This document shows positions 51,021 through 62,540 of a stretch of DNA of 64,000 nt, piece after piece; the stretch's first letter is position 1, and each line of letters opens with the position of its first letter. The translations under genes and the position numbers were made by a program. Below the pieces are notes generated by a model that saw only the letters and a list, made by a program, of their open reading frames with translations, was not told the origin of the DNA and made no database searches. Source of the DNA: Lytechinus pictus (Eukaryota). The stretch lies in the NCBI RefSeq assembly GCF_037042905.1, contig NC_087256.1:18724001-18788000 (forward strand), in the 5' to 3' direction.

Positions 51021-52872
51021 TACCAGTTTCTGCTATCAGGGTATTTGCATGTCACTGAGTTGTACATATCACTGTTTTGTGAAAAATAAGCGCAACTTTC
51101 TTATTTTACATTCGATTTTGATGACATTTTCAGCATTATGCTAGTTTGATTTTTCTCTATTCATTCAAATCAAAAAATTTCTGGAGTGGACTTGCCTTTA
51201 AAAGGGGAAAGTGGGCATTTGGTAGAGATTTAAAGGATAGGCCTACAGATTAAAAAAAAACTAGACTGTGGACATTGCGCTAGTACTTCGACAAAAACAG
51301 TTGACTTTTGTTGTCCGATATGGGTACTATTTTATAAGGTTAAAGGGGTCATTATTCTATCAGATTGTGTATTGACACTTACCTTCGATACAAGAGTCAT
51401 CGTGCATAAAAATAGGGCATTTATCAGCTAAAGGGGGATAATTTTGATAAACCAAAATTTACACCTTGGCGTGATTAAGTAAATGGGATAACTCTGGATG
51501 ACATTATTTGATGGCGGTATGTATAAGGACTGATATTTGACATGACATAAGATTGACTGGGTCGGCTTCTAAAAATCACCAGGCAAAATGAATATTTAAA
51601 GAAAAACATGGAGATGGAAATGATGGAGATTAAAAGAAAGAGGGTTGCCAGGTTAAGAGATGACTTGTTACAGACCACGAAGTTATAGGAGAGTACAAAC
51701 TTCACATGCAATATCCCAATTGTCTATAGACAAAATATTTTTTTTCAATTCACCATTTTAAGGTTCGTTTCCATCATATAAACCCAAATGGTTACTGAAA
51801 AAATAGCGGTGTTTTATGTATAGGTCACATCTACGTATATACATGGAGCTGTAAATGACACGTATTTGGTGCCATGCAGGGCAAGGCTTTATTTGAGGTA
51901 TTTTTCTTCATTAATATCATCGTGAATAGCTTGATGGATCCAGGGGGGGGGGGCAAAGCCGGCCCGTGCCACCCCCCTCCTCTGAGAGGCACAATTAAAA
52001 TTTGTAATATAAAAATGCCATTAAAACAGAAGTGTGCCCCCCCCCCCCCCCCCTTGAAAGTGAAGACTTTTTTTTTTGGCTTGTCAATTTTTTTTGCGTT
52101 GACGAAATGCAGAATGTCCTTATTTTGGGGTTGAAAACCTTTTTTTTTACTTGTCAAATTTTTCTTCGGGAAAATGTGCCCCCCCCCCCTTTGGAAAATC
52201 CTGGATCCGCCCCTGTACGCGCCATACGCACTGTTGAGAACAATATCACAGGGAATACAAAATCTAGCGACCGTGTGTAGTTCAATTAAAATACAATTTC
52301 TTAGGTTTATCGACCTATAAAACCATAGCAGTTCATTAACCTAAATTGGTATTGATCATGCATGCTTGACATATTAATTATCATTTCACTCTTTAAAGGT
52401 TCATATACCAGCGTGCGATACTGGCACTGGTCCGACGGTCCCAGACCGGTAAAAATTACTGTCGGGCCAGTAACTTTTCAGAAATAGCCAGATTTACTGG
52501 TCCGACATGCGCCCAGTAAGATTATATCTAACTGATGTATATTTTCTTCTCTTTTGTAAATTATGAAAATGACTCTGGCGTCTCAATAAGCAATAAAAGA
52601 CAGCAAAATAATCTCAAGTTTTTTTTATATTTTTCTTTATTATTTGGGACCAGTAAATCTAAGGTTCGGTCCAGTAAAAAATTGAAAAACTAGGTATGTA
52701 CTGGTCTGACATGATCAGGTCGGACCAGTAAAAAAAAAGGTTATTGTGGAGCCCAGCATATACTATCAAAAATCTCATACACTGTTGAGAAAAATAGTAT
52801 ATTCCACATGTTGATACCTATAAGTTATCAGAAAAAGCTGATTATTGTTATATTGCATTGAATATTTTGCTG

Positions 52873-53042
52873 CACTCTAAAAAACGAAGAGCTAATTTAG
52901 CTCTTAAAGAGCGTGTATAGTGACTGCACTTTGGAGCGCTGATTTGTCTAGTTCAAATTTGAACGAGGAAAATCAGCACTCGAAAGTGCAGTCACTATAC
53001 ACGCTCTTTAAGAGCTATATTAGCTCTTCGTTTTTTAGAGTG
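52873..53042. mobile_element. 170-bp palindromic EnSpm-type MITE
   Basis: CACTCTAAAAAACGAAGAGC ... GCTCTTCGTTTTTTAGAGTG, ~75-bp arms, 2-bp TSD TG. Confidence 0.85.
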
Positions 53043-53285
53043 TGGGAAGACAAAAAAAAGGAAAGGAAAGGGGAGGGAAAACACTTTTTTCCCTTTCTTT
53101 ATCTCCTTTTGTTATTTTCATTAAATTTGACTTCCTGTTTAATTCTTCTTTTCTTCATTTTTTTTATGTGTATGTTTTCTCTCCACCCCATTTCCCCCAA
53201 TTACATAATTCAGATTGAAAAAAAAAATCCTCTCACAGGCGCTCTCTTGATTCGCTCTCTCACATTGCATCTTAACCAATGCCCA

Positions 53286-54500
53286 AGGGCGGATCCAGCT
53301 TTCGCAAATATGGGGGGATTCACCCATATTTTTCCCGATCGGCAGCTCAAAGTTGATTTTGGTTTGTTTCTTTAAAGGGGTATTCGTATTCTAAGCTTAA
53401 TTCTTAAAAACAACATAATGTTTGTGATCCTGAACAAAATGCGTATGTAAATAATTACTGCGAGCGCCAAACGCGAGCAGAAATTTTTAATATACGTTCT
53501 GGCCCGATCGAAAAGGGACTTGTTAAGGACTGTTTGCAGTTAGCCATGAAGACGATACATATTTCAACAATCAAATACTGCGAGTGTGAAGCGAAAGCTG
53601 AAGATTTTTTTACATTCCGATCTAAAAATTGACATTCTAAGCACTTTTTGTAATCGTGAACAGGATATGCTAAACAATGCAATCGCGAAGCGCGAGCGAA
53701 AAAAAAAAAGATTTAGACCTAAAAATTGGAAACTATATACATGTTTTGTAAATCATGAAAAGGATGGGTAATTGGGTATCTTCCTCCATTAATGAAGCGC
53801 GAGCAGAAAAAATGATATTCCGATCTGAAACTGGATAATTCTATGCACGTTTTAAAAGAAGAACATGCAAGCTGCATTTTTCAATAAACGTGCGTTCGTT
53901 TTTTTAGATGTAGACCTAGAATCTGGGCATTCTAAATACGTGATTTATCATGAAAAATAATAATGAGAGCGCGAAGAGCGAGCTGAAAATATTTGATATT
54001 CCGATCTGAAATATTTGTTGATATGTTGATATTAAGGATTGAAAATTAACACTTTTGTAATTATGACTATAGGATGCATAAGTTTATACATTTTTAACAA
54101 TCAATGCAAGCGCAAATCGCAAGTCGTAATTTTTAGGCCCTGGGCAAATTATGTTTCATAACAGTATGAAAAAAAAAAGTTTCTTATGTAATATTCAGTA
54201 GCATAACATAAGAATAATATAATATAACATTATAATGAACAATAATTTCTTCTTCCCCACTACGTTTCTCTTTCATTCTCCCTCTTTTTCTCCTCCCCTT
54301 TTTTGCCAGCCGATGGGGGGGGGGGGGGGGCACGTGCCCCCATGCCCCCGTATCTACGTCTCACTTCGAGCCGAAATATGTGTTGTATATTGGGTTCAAA
54401 TCTTGAAATTTTAAGGTTCATATCAGCCTATTAAGCAAGATATATAAATATCATCGAACATGCAATACGAGCGCAAAGCGCGAGCGAAAAATTTATAAAG
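53286..54500. repeat. Interspersed repeat with recurring GCGAGCGCGAAGCGCGAGC motifs (related sequence at ~6215-6710)
   Basis: Starts AGGGCGGATCCAG; the motif recurs roughly every 110-130 bp. Confidence 0.6.
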
Positions 54501-55189
54501 TGAGATGAAATATTTTTTCTTTGTATTTTCCAAGTCTTCCCCTCACCTTATTTTATTCACTTATCTTCCTCCTCCCTTTTTCTCTTCTTTTTCCCCTCTC
54601 TTTTTCTTTTTTATTTCTTTTCCTTCTTTTTCTTGTTTCTTTTGCTCCGCAAATAGGGGGCTGGGCCCCTCGGGCCCCCTGGATTCGCCTATATGAATGC
54701 CTGTCAGTATTATAATATTTTGCTTCTCAAAGGGGGGGGGGCACATCCGGTCCGTCTTCCCTTCACCTTATTTTATTCACTTATCTTCCTCCTCCCTTTT
54801 TCTCTTCTTTTTCCCCTCTCTTTTTCTTTTTTATTTCTTTCCTTCTTTTTCTTTTGCTCCGCAAAATAGGGGGCTTTTATTTGTGTTTTAGTTCACTTTC
54901 TTTCCATATGACAAACAATATAACTTTCATAATGAAGGTAAACTCATGGGCTATATTTGCCAAAGTCTCGCCTCAATTTCAAACAAAAATAGCGAAATTA
55001 AATTCTTGCCCATACTGGAATTCCAACCCCATAACCTTACACAATATATAAATTCATTATTGTACGCTCAAGGTAGATCGGCAGTGGGAACCAACATCAT
55101 TAATTACGAAGATGTACTATAATTACTGGTCAATGCAGCAAATGAGGTCGTCGTCATTATTATGCAATCATTGTTAGGTATGATATAGC

Positions 55190-56110
55190 TTTTAATTACT
55201 CTCCCTTCATTGCATTTCTGGAGAACCCGCATCCCCTGCACGCATGGCAGTTTACTGCTAATGATATAGGAATAAACCTTCATTAGTTTCTGAAGATATC
55301 TATACCATTGTCTTATATCAAACCTTGTTGGGTATAGCGATGGATGTATTGTTTCTATCATATATTTTATCACGAGAACTTTTTCAACCTGTTTTTTATG
55401 CCTTCTGAAGTGGTTCACGAGGTATAGATATAGCTTTCAATTATATCTTCTCTTTATTACACTGCTGGAGAATCCGCATCTCTCATCTCCTCAAGCCTCT
55501 CGTGCATAATAGATGGTGGCTTGCTGCGAATGATAATAGGAATAGCCTGTATTCATTTTTCGTCTCAAGATATCTACCATGTTCACGATGCTGTTTTCTC
55601 AATATCAGGTGGATAGCGGTGAATGTCACGGTATTAAAAGATTGTGTTTTCTGAGGGTTTTTTCGCGAGAACCTTTTTCACCTGTGTTACCTCATAATTT
55701 TCGTCTAATGCCATTTCTGAAATTTGTTGAAGAGGTATATTAGGTCTTATCCTCTCTTCATTGCATATCTGTATGGAGCATCCTTTGCCTTAAAGTTGGT
55801 GGTTGTTGTCATCAATGACATAGGAGTAATCTGCATGATTTTATGAATCTTTCAAATATCTACCATGCGCCGTTTATCAGCATCTGATGGATAGCGGTGA
55901 ATGTATTTTAACTGATTTTTTTCGTCGCGATAACTCGTATTCGTTCTGTTTTATGCTAGATAATTCTGAATTTGTTGACGAGGTATAACTTTCATTTATC
56001 TTTCTCTCATTGCATTTCTGAAGAAATCTCATCTTTTTCATAATAGCTGGCGGTTTATACTGCGAACTAGTTTCTGAAGATACATGTATCTACCATCCTG
56101 ATTTGGTTTA
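55190..56110. repeat. Old degenerate tandem repeat, ~230-290-bp period, about 4 units
   Basis: Recurring CATTGCATTTCTG, TATCTACCAT (~55300, 55571, 55857, 56087), GATAGCGGTGAATG and GAGGTATA. Confidence 0.6.
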
Positions 56111-56895
56111 CCGTGAATATACTTATTTTTAAGATTGGGCTTTTAATTTCTCTGGAGAACGAGAATAAGCCATCATTTTGGGATTTGACGAGGAGAGCAG
56201 GGGAGACGCCCAATAGTTGCCTAAAATTGTGTGATATTAGGATGTATACACCTGTTAAGAGTATACCACTTCCAGATATCATGCAGAAAGTTGTTTTTTA
56301 TAGCTTCGAGTGGAGTTGTATGATTAGAGATTCGCATCTGGCGACGAAATAATTACGCGTTGTTGATGGTTAATTGCCACTGTACAGCAGATCCCGAGCC
56401 TCGTAATCAATTGCGTTCTTACTTGGAATGGTACCCCCCCCCCCCCTCCCCCAAATCGGGCCAATTGGGCCAAAATCAATCATTTTCTCTCGGTTGCTGT
56501 GGATTTCCCTGAAAGAAATAATGTTCAGATACGTTGTTATTCTCTTTATTCTAGTTATTCTACCAACAACAAAACAGTGTTCATCTTTTCAAGCATGACA
56601 GCTTTTCTTCAGACTTTTCTTGGTTGAGCAGACATATTGAATGCATGCATCGGGTCTACCATCAAAAAAGGTATTGTGGAATACATGGTTCTCGATTTTC
56701 TCTCTGCCTCTCTCTCTCTTCAAAATGAAATGCTCTATTCGGTGAAAAACACTGTGTCAATATCGACTCACAAAATACACAATGATACCACGGCCTGGGC
56801 ATAGCGGGTAAACTTTAGAGGTGTCGAACGCCCCGATTGGACTCTGATACTTCGTGTTTTTTTTTTTTCCCGAGTCCCTTTTTTTTTCTGCAAGA

Positions 56896-57035
56896 ATGGC
56901 GGAGCGTAGATGGAAAAAGGTTGGTCTTGTCGTGTCATTTGCGACAATGATCAGCGAGGAAGCAGCAGCTACTCACACACAGACTGTGATTGAGGATATA
57001 GAGAATTCTGATGAGTTGATTGCCCCTGTCAACAG
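56896..57035 (+). CDS. EXOC6: EXOC6/Sec15 alternative first coding exon 1a
   Basis: MAERRWKK...MISEEAAATHTQTVIEDIENSDELIAPVNR ending AG|GTAGG in phase 2, compatible with the exon at 60735 and similar to the Sec15 N-terminal helix. Confidence 0.65.
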
Positions 57036-57479
57036 GTAGGTTTATCATTTACATTCCTGGCATTCATGCTTATACATGATTTTATGCAGGTATATTATAA
57101 GGCTTATATACCGGTCTATATACTAATCTTCCATGTGATTAGGGATTAACGTTTGATCACAGATACGCGGCCTACAACTTTTATGATCCCTTGGAAGTTC
57201 CAACTAATGATTATCCAATATCCACTATGCCTCGGTTCATTTTGCATTCTGCACCATTATAATAATGATCCCAAATAATGAATGGATAAATGAATGAATA
57301 AAATAAAGAATTGACGAACGAATGAATGAGTGGCGGAAAGTGAGTGAATAAATAAGAGGAGTGATTAACTATTATGGATTATAACAAAAATTAATGACAG
57401 CCGGTGCAATGATGCACAGTCGCTCATGAAATCATTGAGAGTGTGTAGCACATAACAAACGGGTTTTCAAAATAGGCCT

Positions 57480-57812
57480 ACAAAATTATTATTATTATTA
57501 TTATTATTACATATTATTTGTACTGCGCTTTTCCCATTAGGCCCAAAGCGCTTACAATGAATTAATTAATGTAATATTTTAAAAACTACAAAGTACGAAA
57601 GAGATGAGTTTTTAATGACTTTTTGAAAATTGCTTATGTTGGAGACTGTCTAATTATTAGTGGCAGGTCGTTCCAGGATTTTGAAGCCGACACCGTAAAA
57701 GTTCTGTCACCAGCTAATGTACGAGTTAATGAATATGTGAGGCGAATGTGATCACTGGCCGACCTAAGTGCTCTAGTTGGTGTATACAGATTCAAGCAGT
57801 TACTTAAATACT
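57480..57812 (-). mobile_element. L2-type LINE 3' end
   Basis: YTPTRALRS...GDRTFTVSASKSWNDLP, AAGCGCTTTGGG...AAAGCGC 3' stem and (TAA)n tail. Confidence 0.75.
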
Positions 57813-58686
57813 GATGTTTTTTAAAAATACTAGATTTTTTCATTATAATTTAGTTATAGAAATAAATAAGTATTGTATTGAACCAATTAAGGCATGCGAT
57901 TAAAACATTCTGGTATCGATGGAGAGTAAAAAAATGCCAACAAAGTTGACTTGAGGGAGTGCATCATGGTGGTTAGAAATGATGATGCCGATATGTCTAT
58001 ACTAGATTTCAAGATCCATATTGTGGCATTTTCACATCTAGATCAGTTTGGTCATAAAAAAGTGAGATATTGATTATGAGCTGGCGATATTAATGGCACA
58101 CACGAGAAGGTAAAATAGATTTTGGTCGATGTGTTTGATAAAAGTTTTTTTTATAATCCCGTGATATATTTACTTAACTCTAGATAGTGTAGGCCTATAC
58201 TGAGTTCAGTGGATGTTTTATGATTGTAGGCCTATACTTTATATTTATCTTGAAAAGTATGAAAGTGCTCCCGGAAAGTGCACTGGATGACACGTCAAAA
58301 GTCAGCAGACTTTTGTGGCGCCCCGATCGCAGCTCTGGCGCCGCACCCCTCCTTTACCCCTATCACGAGGTGCACGGCGCCTGACTGGTATCCGGCTGGT
58401 ATCGGGGCTGGTATCATAATTAATGTATTTAAAGCTCTGATGAGATGCTATCTTTATACGATTAGAGAAGAATAATAAAATTATTGAATGAAGAAAAAAA
58501 AATCAACCCTCTATTAAGTTCCTTCATCAACTTTCAGTTGATCATTTTCGGAGTTGATATTATTTTCATCTCACTCATATTCACGGGGCTGATGCACTTT
58601 CTCAATGAAGGCATCATCCTTATCGCATTTCCATTGACACAAGGCCTACACATTATATAGGCGGTGACCGGTGGTACCGATGCCCG

Positions 58687-61600
58687 ATGAAAATGATGGC
58701 GTCAGTCGAAGAACCAAAACAAGACCTAGATAGACTCATTCACATCATCGAAGACTCTGATTCAACCTCAGTCGGCCAGATATTCAGGTTCAGTTCTTTT
58801 TTTAACCATGGTGTTGAAATAAGTTTAGGTGGATCGGCGGAAGTGTTGGATAAAAACTGTGACTCAGCTCAGCGAATGTTATTAATTTACGTGTGTGGGG
58901 CTAAGGGGAATTGCACTGCACAATACTACCACTGTACCAGCTAGCTAAGCGAGGTTCGCAGGCGCTCTATTGGCTTGCTACTGCACAAATGATAGTGTCT
59001 TGTGTCTCGTGAATGCAATGTTTGATATTTGAATTTGTTGGTGGGTGCTTATTGAAGGAAAATGCTGTATTGTCCAACTGTTATTTACAGCACAGCTGCT
59101 TCCCTGCTAGTGCGGTATGTAGATCTAACCTTTCACTCATTTCAGTATTCCTGTATTATCGATTGCATTTTGTTATTTCCTTGAATTGAAGTTGAATCCT
59201 TGTGTCATTTTAAATTGTAGCCTGCCCTTGGCCTTGTCCTGGCCTTGCTGCGAATGAATGGTTCAACATATTTGTAAGTGAGATACTACTTGTATCAGTT
59301 TAATATGGTGAGAAACAATTGTAAATATGTGCCAGATATTCTTGAGGCCAGGTAGGGTTGGGTTCGTCTTCTGCCTTGCATCTGCAATTTAATGAAGTTT
59401 TTTACATTGTCACAATGAACAAAATATCAGTGAAGATCGAGACCCCTGCTGTTTTTTTTTGTTATGAATAAATTCAATCAATGGAAATGTATCATTTTTC
59501 AATACTACTATGCAGCTGTTGCTGGAATCGTCTGATTTCATTCTGGGGAAATGCTGGACAGATATTTGAGATCAAATAAAGTTCATTCCAAAGAAACGAC
59601 TAATCATATGCATTAGTTTAATGCATCTGATTAAAAATGGCATGGGCTTATCACTGGAAAATCAGGGCAAAAGGCCAAAGACTTGTATGTTATTCTTGAT
59701 GAGGATTTTATTTGTGTTATTTCTAACCCTTCCTCCTTTTAGCCATTGTTGATTGTACATGTAAACATTGAGTCAAGCCAAAACAAAATTGTTATTTGAC
59801 AGATTGACAGATAATGAAAGCCTTGCTTGATTTCTTTGATCCATCCAAAATCATTCACAAACCAATTGTGTATTAAGCGTGTAAGACTTGCATCTGCTAA
59901 CTTGAAGTTGAAAACATTCAGAGAGATTACTGTTTCAGCATTGCATTCTATGTTTCTGATGGAATATCCATGACAATATGCTAGCGAACCTGAAATATTG
60001 GATAACCAGTGCGTTTAAGCACATAACGCATCCTGACTATATACTCCATGCTGAGGAATGGATTTTTATGCTTAACATTCGTGGGTAAAATCTTTGCCAT
60101 TTGTTTTCTTTTATTTGTATTCTCACTTTTATTTCAATGTACGAGTATGGATGCTTGTCTCATTTATTACTTAATACTGTTCAAATTATTTTTTTGTGAT
60201 TAAACATGGATTTGTTCACCCTTTGTCAGATAATTCATTCCATATGGCACAAGACTTCACATCACGTTTTCTGTATGAAAAATACCCCATTTCTAGTAGG
60301 TTTACAAGTATAGGAGTTTTTGAGGTTTTAATTGTGCTATGCCTGGCTAAAATAGGAAGTTGTATCTCGCTCCATTATTTACTCTGAACAGGTTTAGTTG
60401 AATCCTGCAAAAAGAATATTTGTCTCAAAGGAAATTTGCAGCCCTTTAATACTTCATTGACTTGGGGAATCTAAAAATTCATCAATTTCTTCTGCCAAAC
60501 ATTTACATTGTTGACCTTTTTTTATTTATAAAACAAATAATGCACAGGTTTAAGTTTGTGATGCTAGTGGGCTATGCAGGCATCTCTGGTATTTATAATA
60601 AGCCTTTTACTTCTTGCACCATTGCAATACCCTTAAGTGTGCTGAAGCAATTACTAGTATTACACTCACCAGTGCATTATTTGTTTTTTATTTTTATTAA
60701 ATGTTAATATTTTTTTTATTGTTATTTTTTTCAGAGCTATCCAAGATGGCAAAGGACAGCAAGAGTTTGGAGAGCATCTCAAAGCCCGCATCGCGGACCA
60801 TGATAGGGATATTGAGAGGATGTGTAATTTTCATTACCAGGGGTTCGTAGATAGTGTGGGGGAGCTTCTGCATGTCAGGGCACATGCAAAGAAACTAAAG
60901 GTTGGTACAGTAGATGATGATGATGCTGATGATGATGATGATGATGAAGATGATGATTATGATTATGATGATGATGATAATGATGGTGATTAGTGATGAT
61001 GGTGATGGTGATTTATGATGATGATGATGATGTTAATGATGGTGATAATGATGATGATGTTGTTAATGAAGGTGATGATGACATTTTAGGGATTTGATAA
61101 TGAAAATGATTATGATATGTAGCTTAGCTCGGTGTTATATGGATGTTCGTCAAGTCTTTTGGTAATACTTTGTGGACTGGTGGTAGTATTGTACTGTTGA
61201 AAGGACTTTTGATGTACTTGGGAAGAAAGAACGAATGACATACAGTACATACATTACCTTCTGGTGGGATGACAGACTGCCCCCCGACAATTGTCATCAT
61301 CTTCTTCCGTTGAGTACAGTGCTCGTTAGAGTACTAGTATATTTGTACTTCAATGAGACAGCAATCACAAAGACATTTGGTGCAGTTGAACAAAACTATA
61401 TAGTGCAAATAAAAAGACGCATCTCGACTGGAGAGCTAACGGAGGTTGAGAGGTTCGAGGTGGCTCCTGAAAGACTCAGTTGACGGAGCCAAAACCACTA
61501 TTACAGGCAGTCCATTCCACAAGCAGATCATGGTACTTGGGGAAAAAGCTGTGTTGGTAGGGGAGTATTCTACAAATGCTGTTGTTTGAATTGTAGGGGA

Positions 61601-62187
61601 TGTCCTCTGGTCAGTTCAGACGAGGCATACAGGAAAGGTGATGCAACTAGCATGGCGACTAGGCTTTTGACGATTCTTTACATCATGATGACTTTGTTGG
61701 ATTGTTGCGAGACCCTTCCATCATGACACCCTTCCCTCAACCCCCCCCCCCTCCTTTCTCTTTAAAAGAGAGGAGGGAAAGGGGAAAAATGCATTCAATC
61801 CTACAGTATGGTCACTGACACTAATTATAATTAGTGTAGAGAAACACTTGAAAAGGACTATTCAAGAATGAATGGGAAAATCAAATTTATTCTTGAATAC
61901 ACGTAAACATAAGAAAAGAAGATTCCTCCAAATATATGTTATTAGTTATTGCAAATTTATGAAAAGGTTTGACATCCCTTTGCTTCTCTAGTCCTTTACC
62001 ACTTTCATATTTGATGAATATCTGATTTATTTTCTCTTTTTTTTTCAGGATGGGGTGTTACAAACCAATCAAGCGTTGCAGAAATCTGGCAATCCCGTTA
62101 TTGAGAAAGCAGAAGAATTGCAAACCACAAGAAGTATGTTACGGAACATCACTGCAACAGTCGACCATCTTCAGACGTGCCTGCCAG
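58687..62187 (+). CDS. EXOC6: Exocyst complex component 6 (Sec15), 5' partial: exons 58687-58787, 60735-60900, 62049-62187; the gene continues beyond the window
   Basis: Spliced translation includes LIHIIEDSDSTSVGQIFR, HDRDIERMCNFHYQGFVDSVGELLHVR and RNITATVDHLQTCLP, which are hallmark Sec15/EXOC6 motifs. GT-AG junctions in phases 2,0,1. Confidence 0.93.
60913..61082. repeat. (GAT)n degenerate microsatellite in an EXOC6 intron
   Basis: Direct reading. Confidence 0.9.
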
Positions 62188-62249
62188 GTAAGCCATTGTA
62201 AAGTTCAGTGGATGATAGTAACATTCTATAAGGGAGTTTATATCTGAGC

Positions 62250-62540
62250 ATGTGTGGATAAAGTTTCTAAGATATCATGGGGGAACAGGCCTTTTAATGC
62301 AGGGCCAAACCTTTGGAATTCTCTTCCACAGAAGTTTGAAAACCCAGACTTCAGTGACCACCTTCAGGGACAACGCGAAAACATACAATTGTACCTGTAT
62401 AAGAGTGCTCTTTGACAGACATCGACCTATTATAATTGTTCAAACATGTATATGTAATTTGTTTTTGTTGTTCTGCTCTGAAGCGCCTTGAGCATCAAGA
62501 TGGAAAGTGCGCTGTACAAGTCTTGTATTATTATTATCAA
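62250..62540 (+). mobile_element. Degenerate L2-type LINE 3' end
   Basis: GEQAF..AGPNLWNSLP remnant, AAGCGCCTTGAGCA...GCGCT stem and TTA tail. Confidence 0.55.

Larger units (their letters stand above)
43270..51041. mobile_element. 7.8-kb non-autonomous CMC/EnSpm-like element with CCC termini
   Basis: Perfect 13-bp TIR CCCTGATAGCAGA, TA TSD (43268-69 and 51042-43), subterminal GACGTC arrays at both ends, and the host MITE resumes afterwards. No transposase ORF. Confidence 0.85.
17951..51197. mobile_element. Kolobok-like MITE split into three pieces (17951-18257, 43154-43269, 51042-51197) by two large insertions
   Basis: TTAA|AGGACAAGTCCACCCC at the left and GGAGTGGACTTGCCT|TTAA at the right. 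The joined pieces resemble the uninterrupted related copy at 41700-42294. Confidence 0.8.

Noticed and set aside
52920-54891. Hydrophobic F/L-rich ORFs as membrane proteins
   Set aside because: They derive from pyrimidine-rich low-complexity sequence, MITEs and a local duplication (54533-54660 / 54763-54873).
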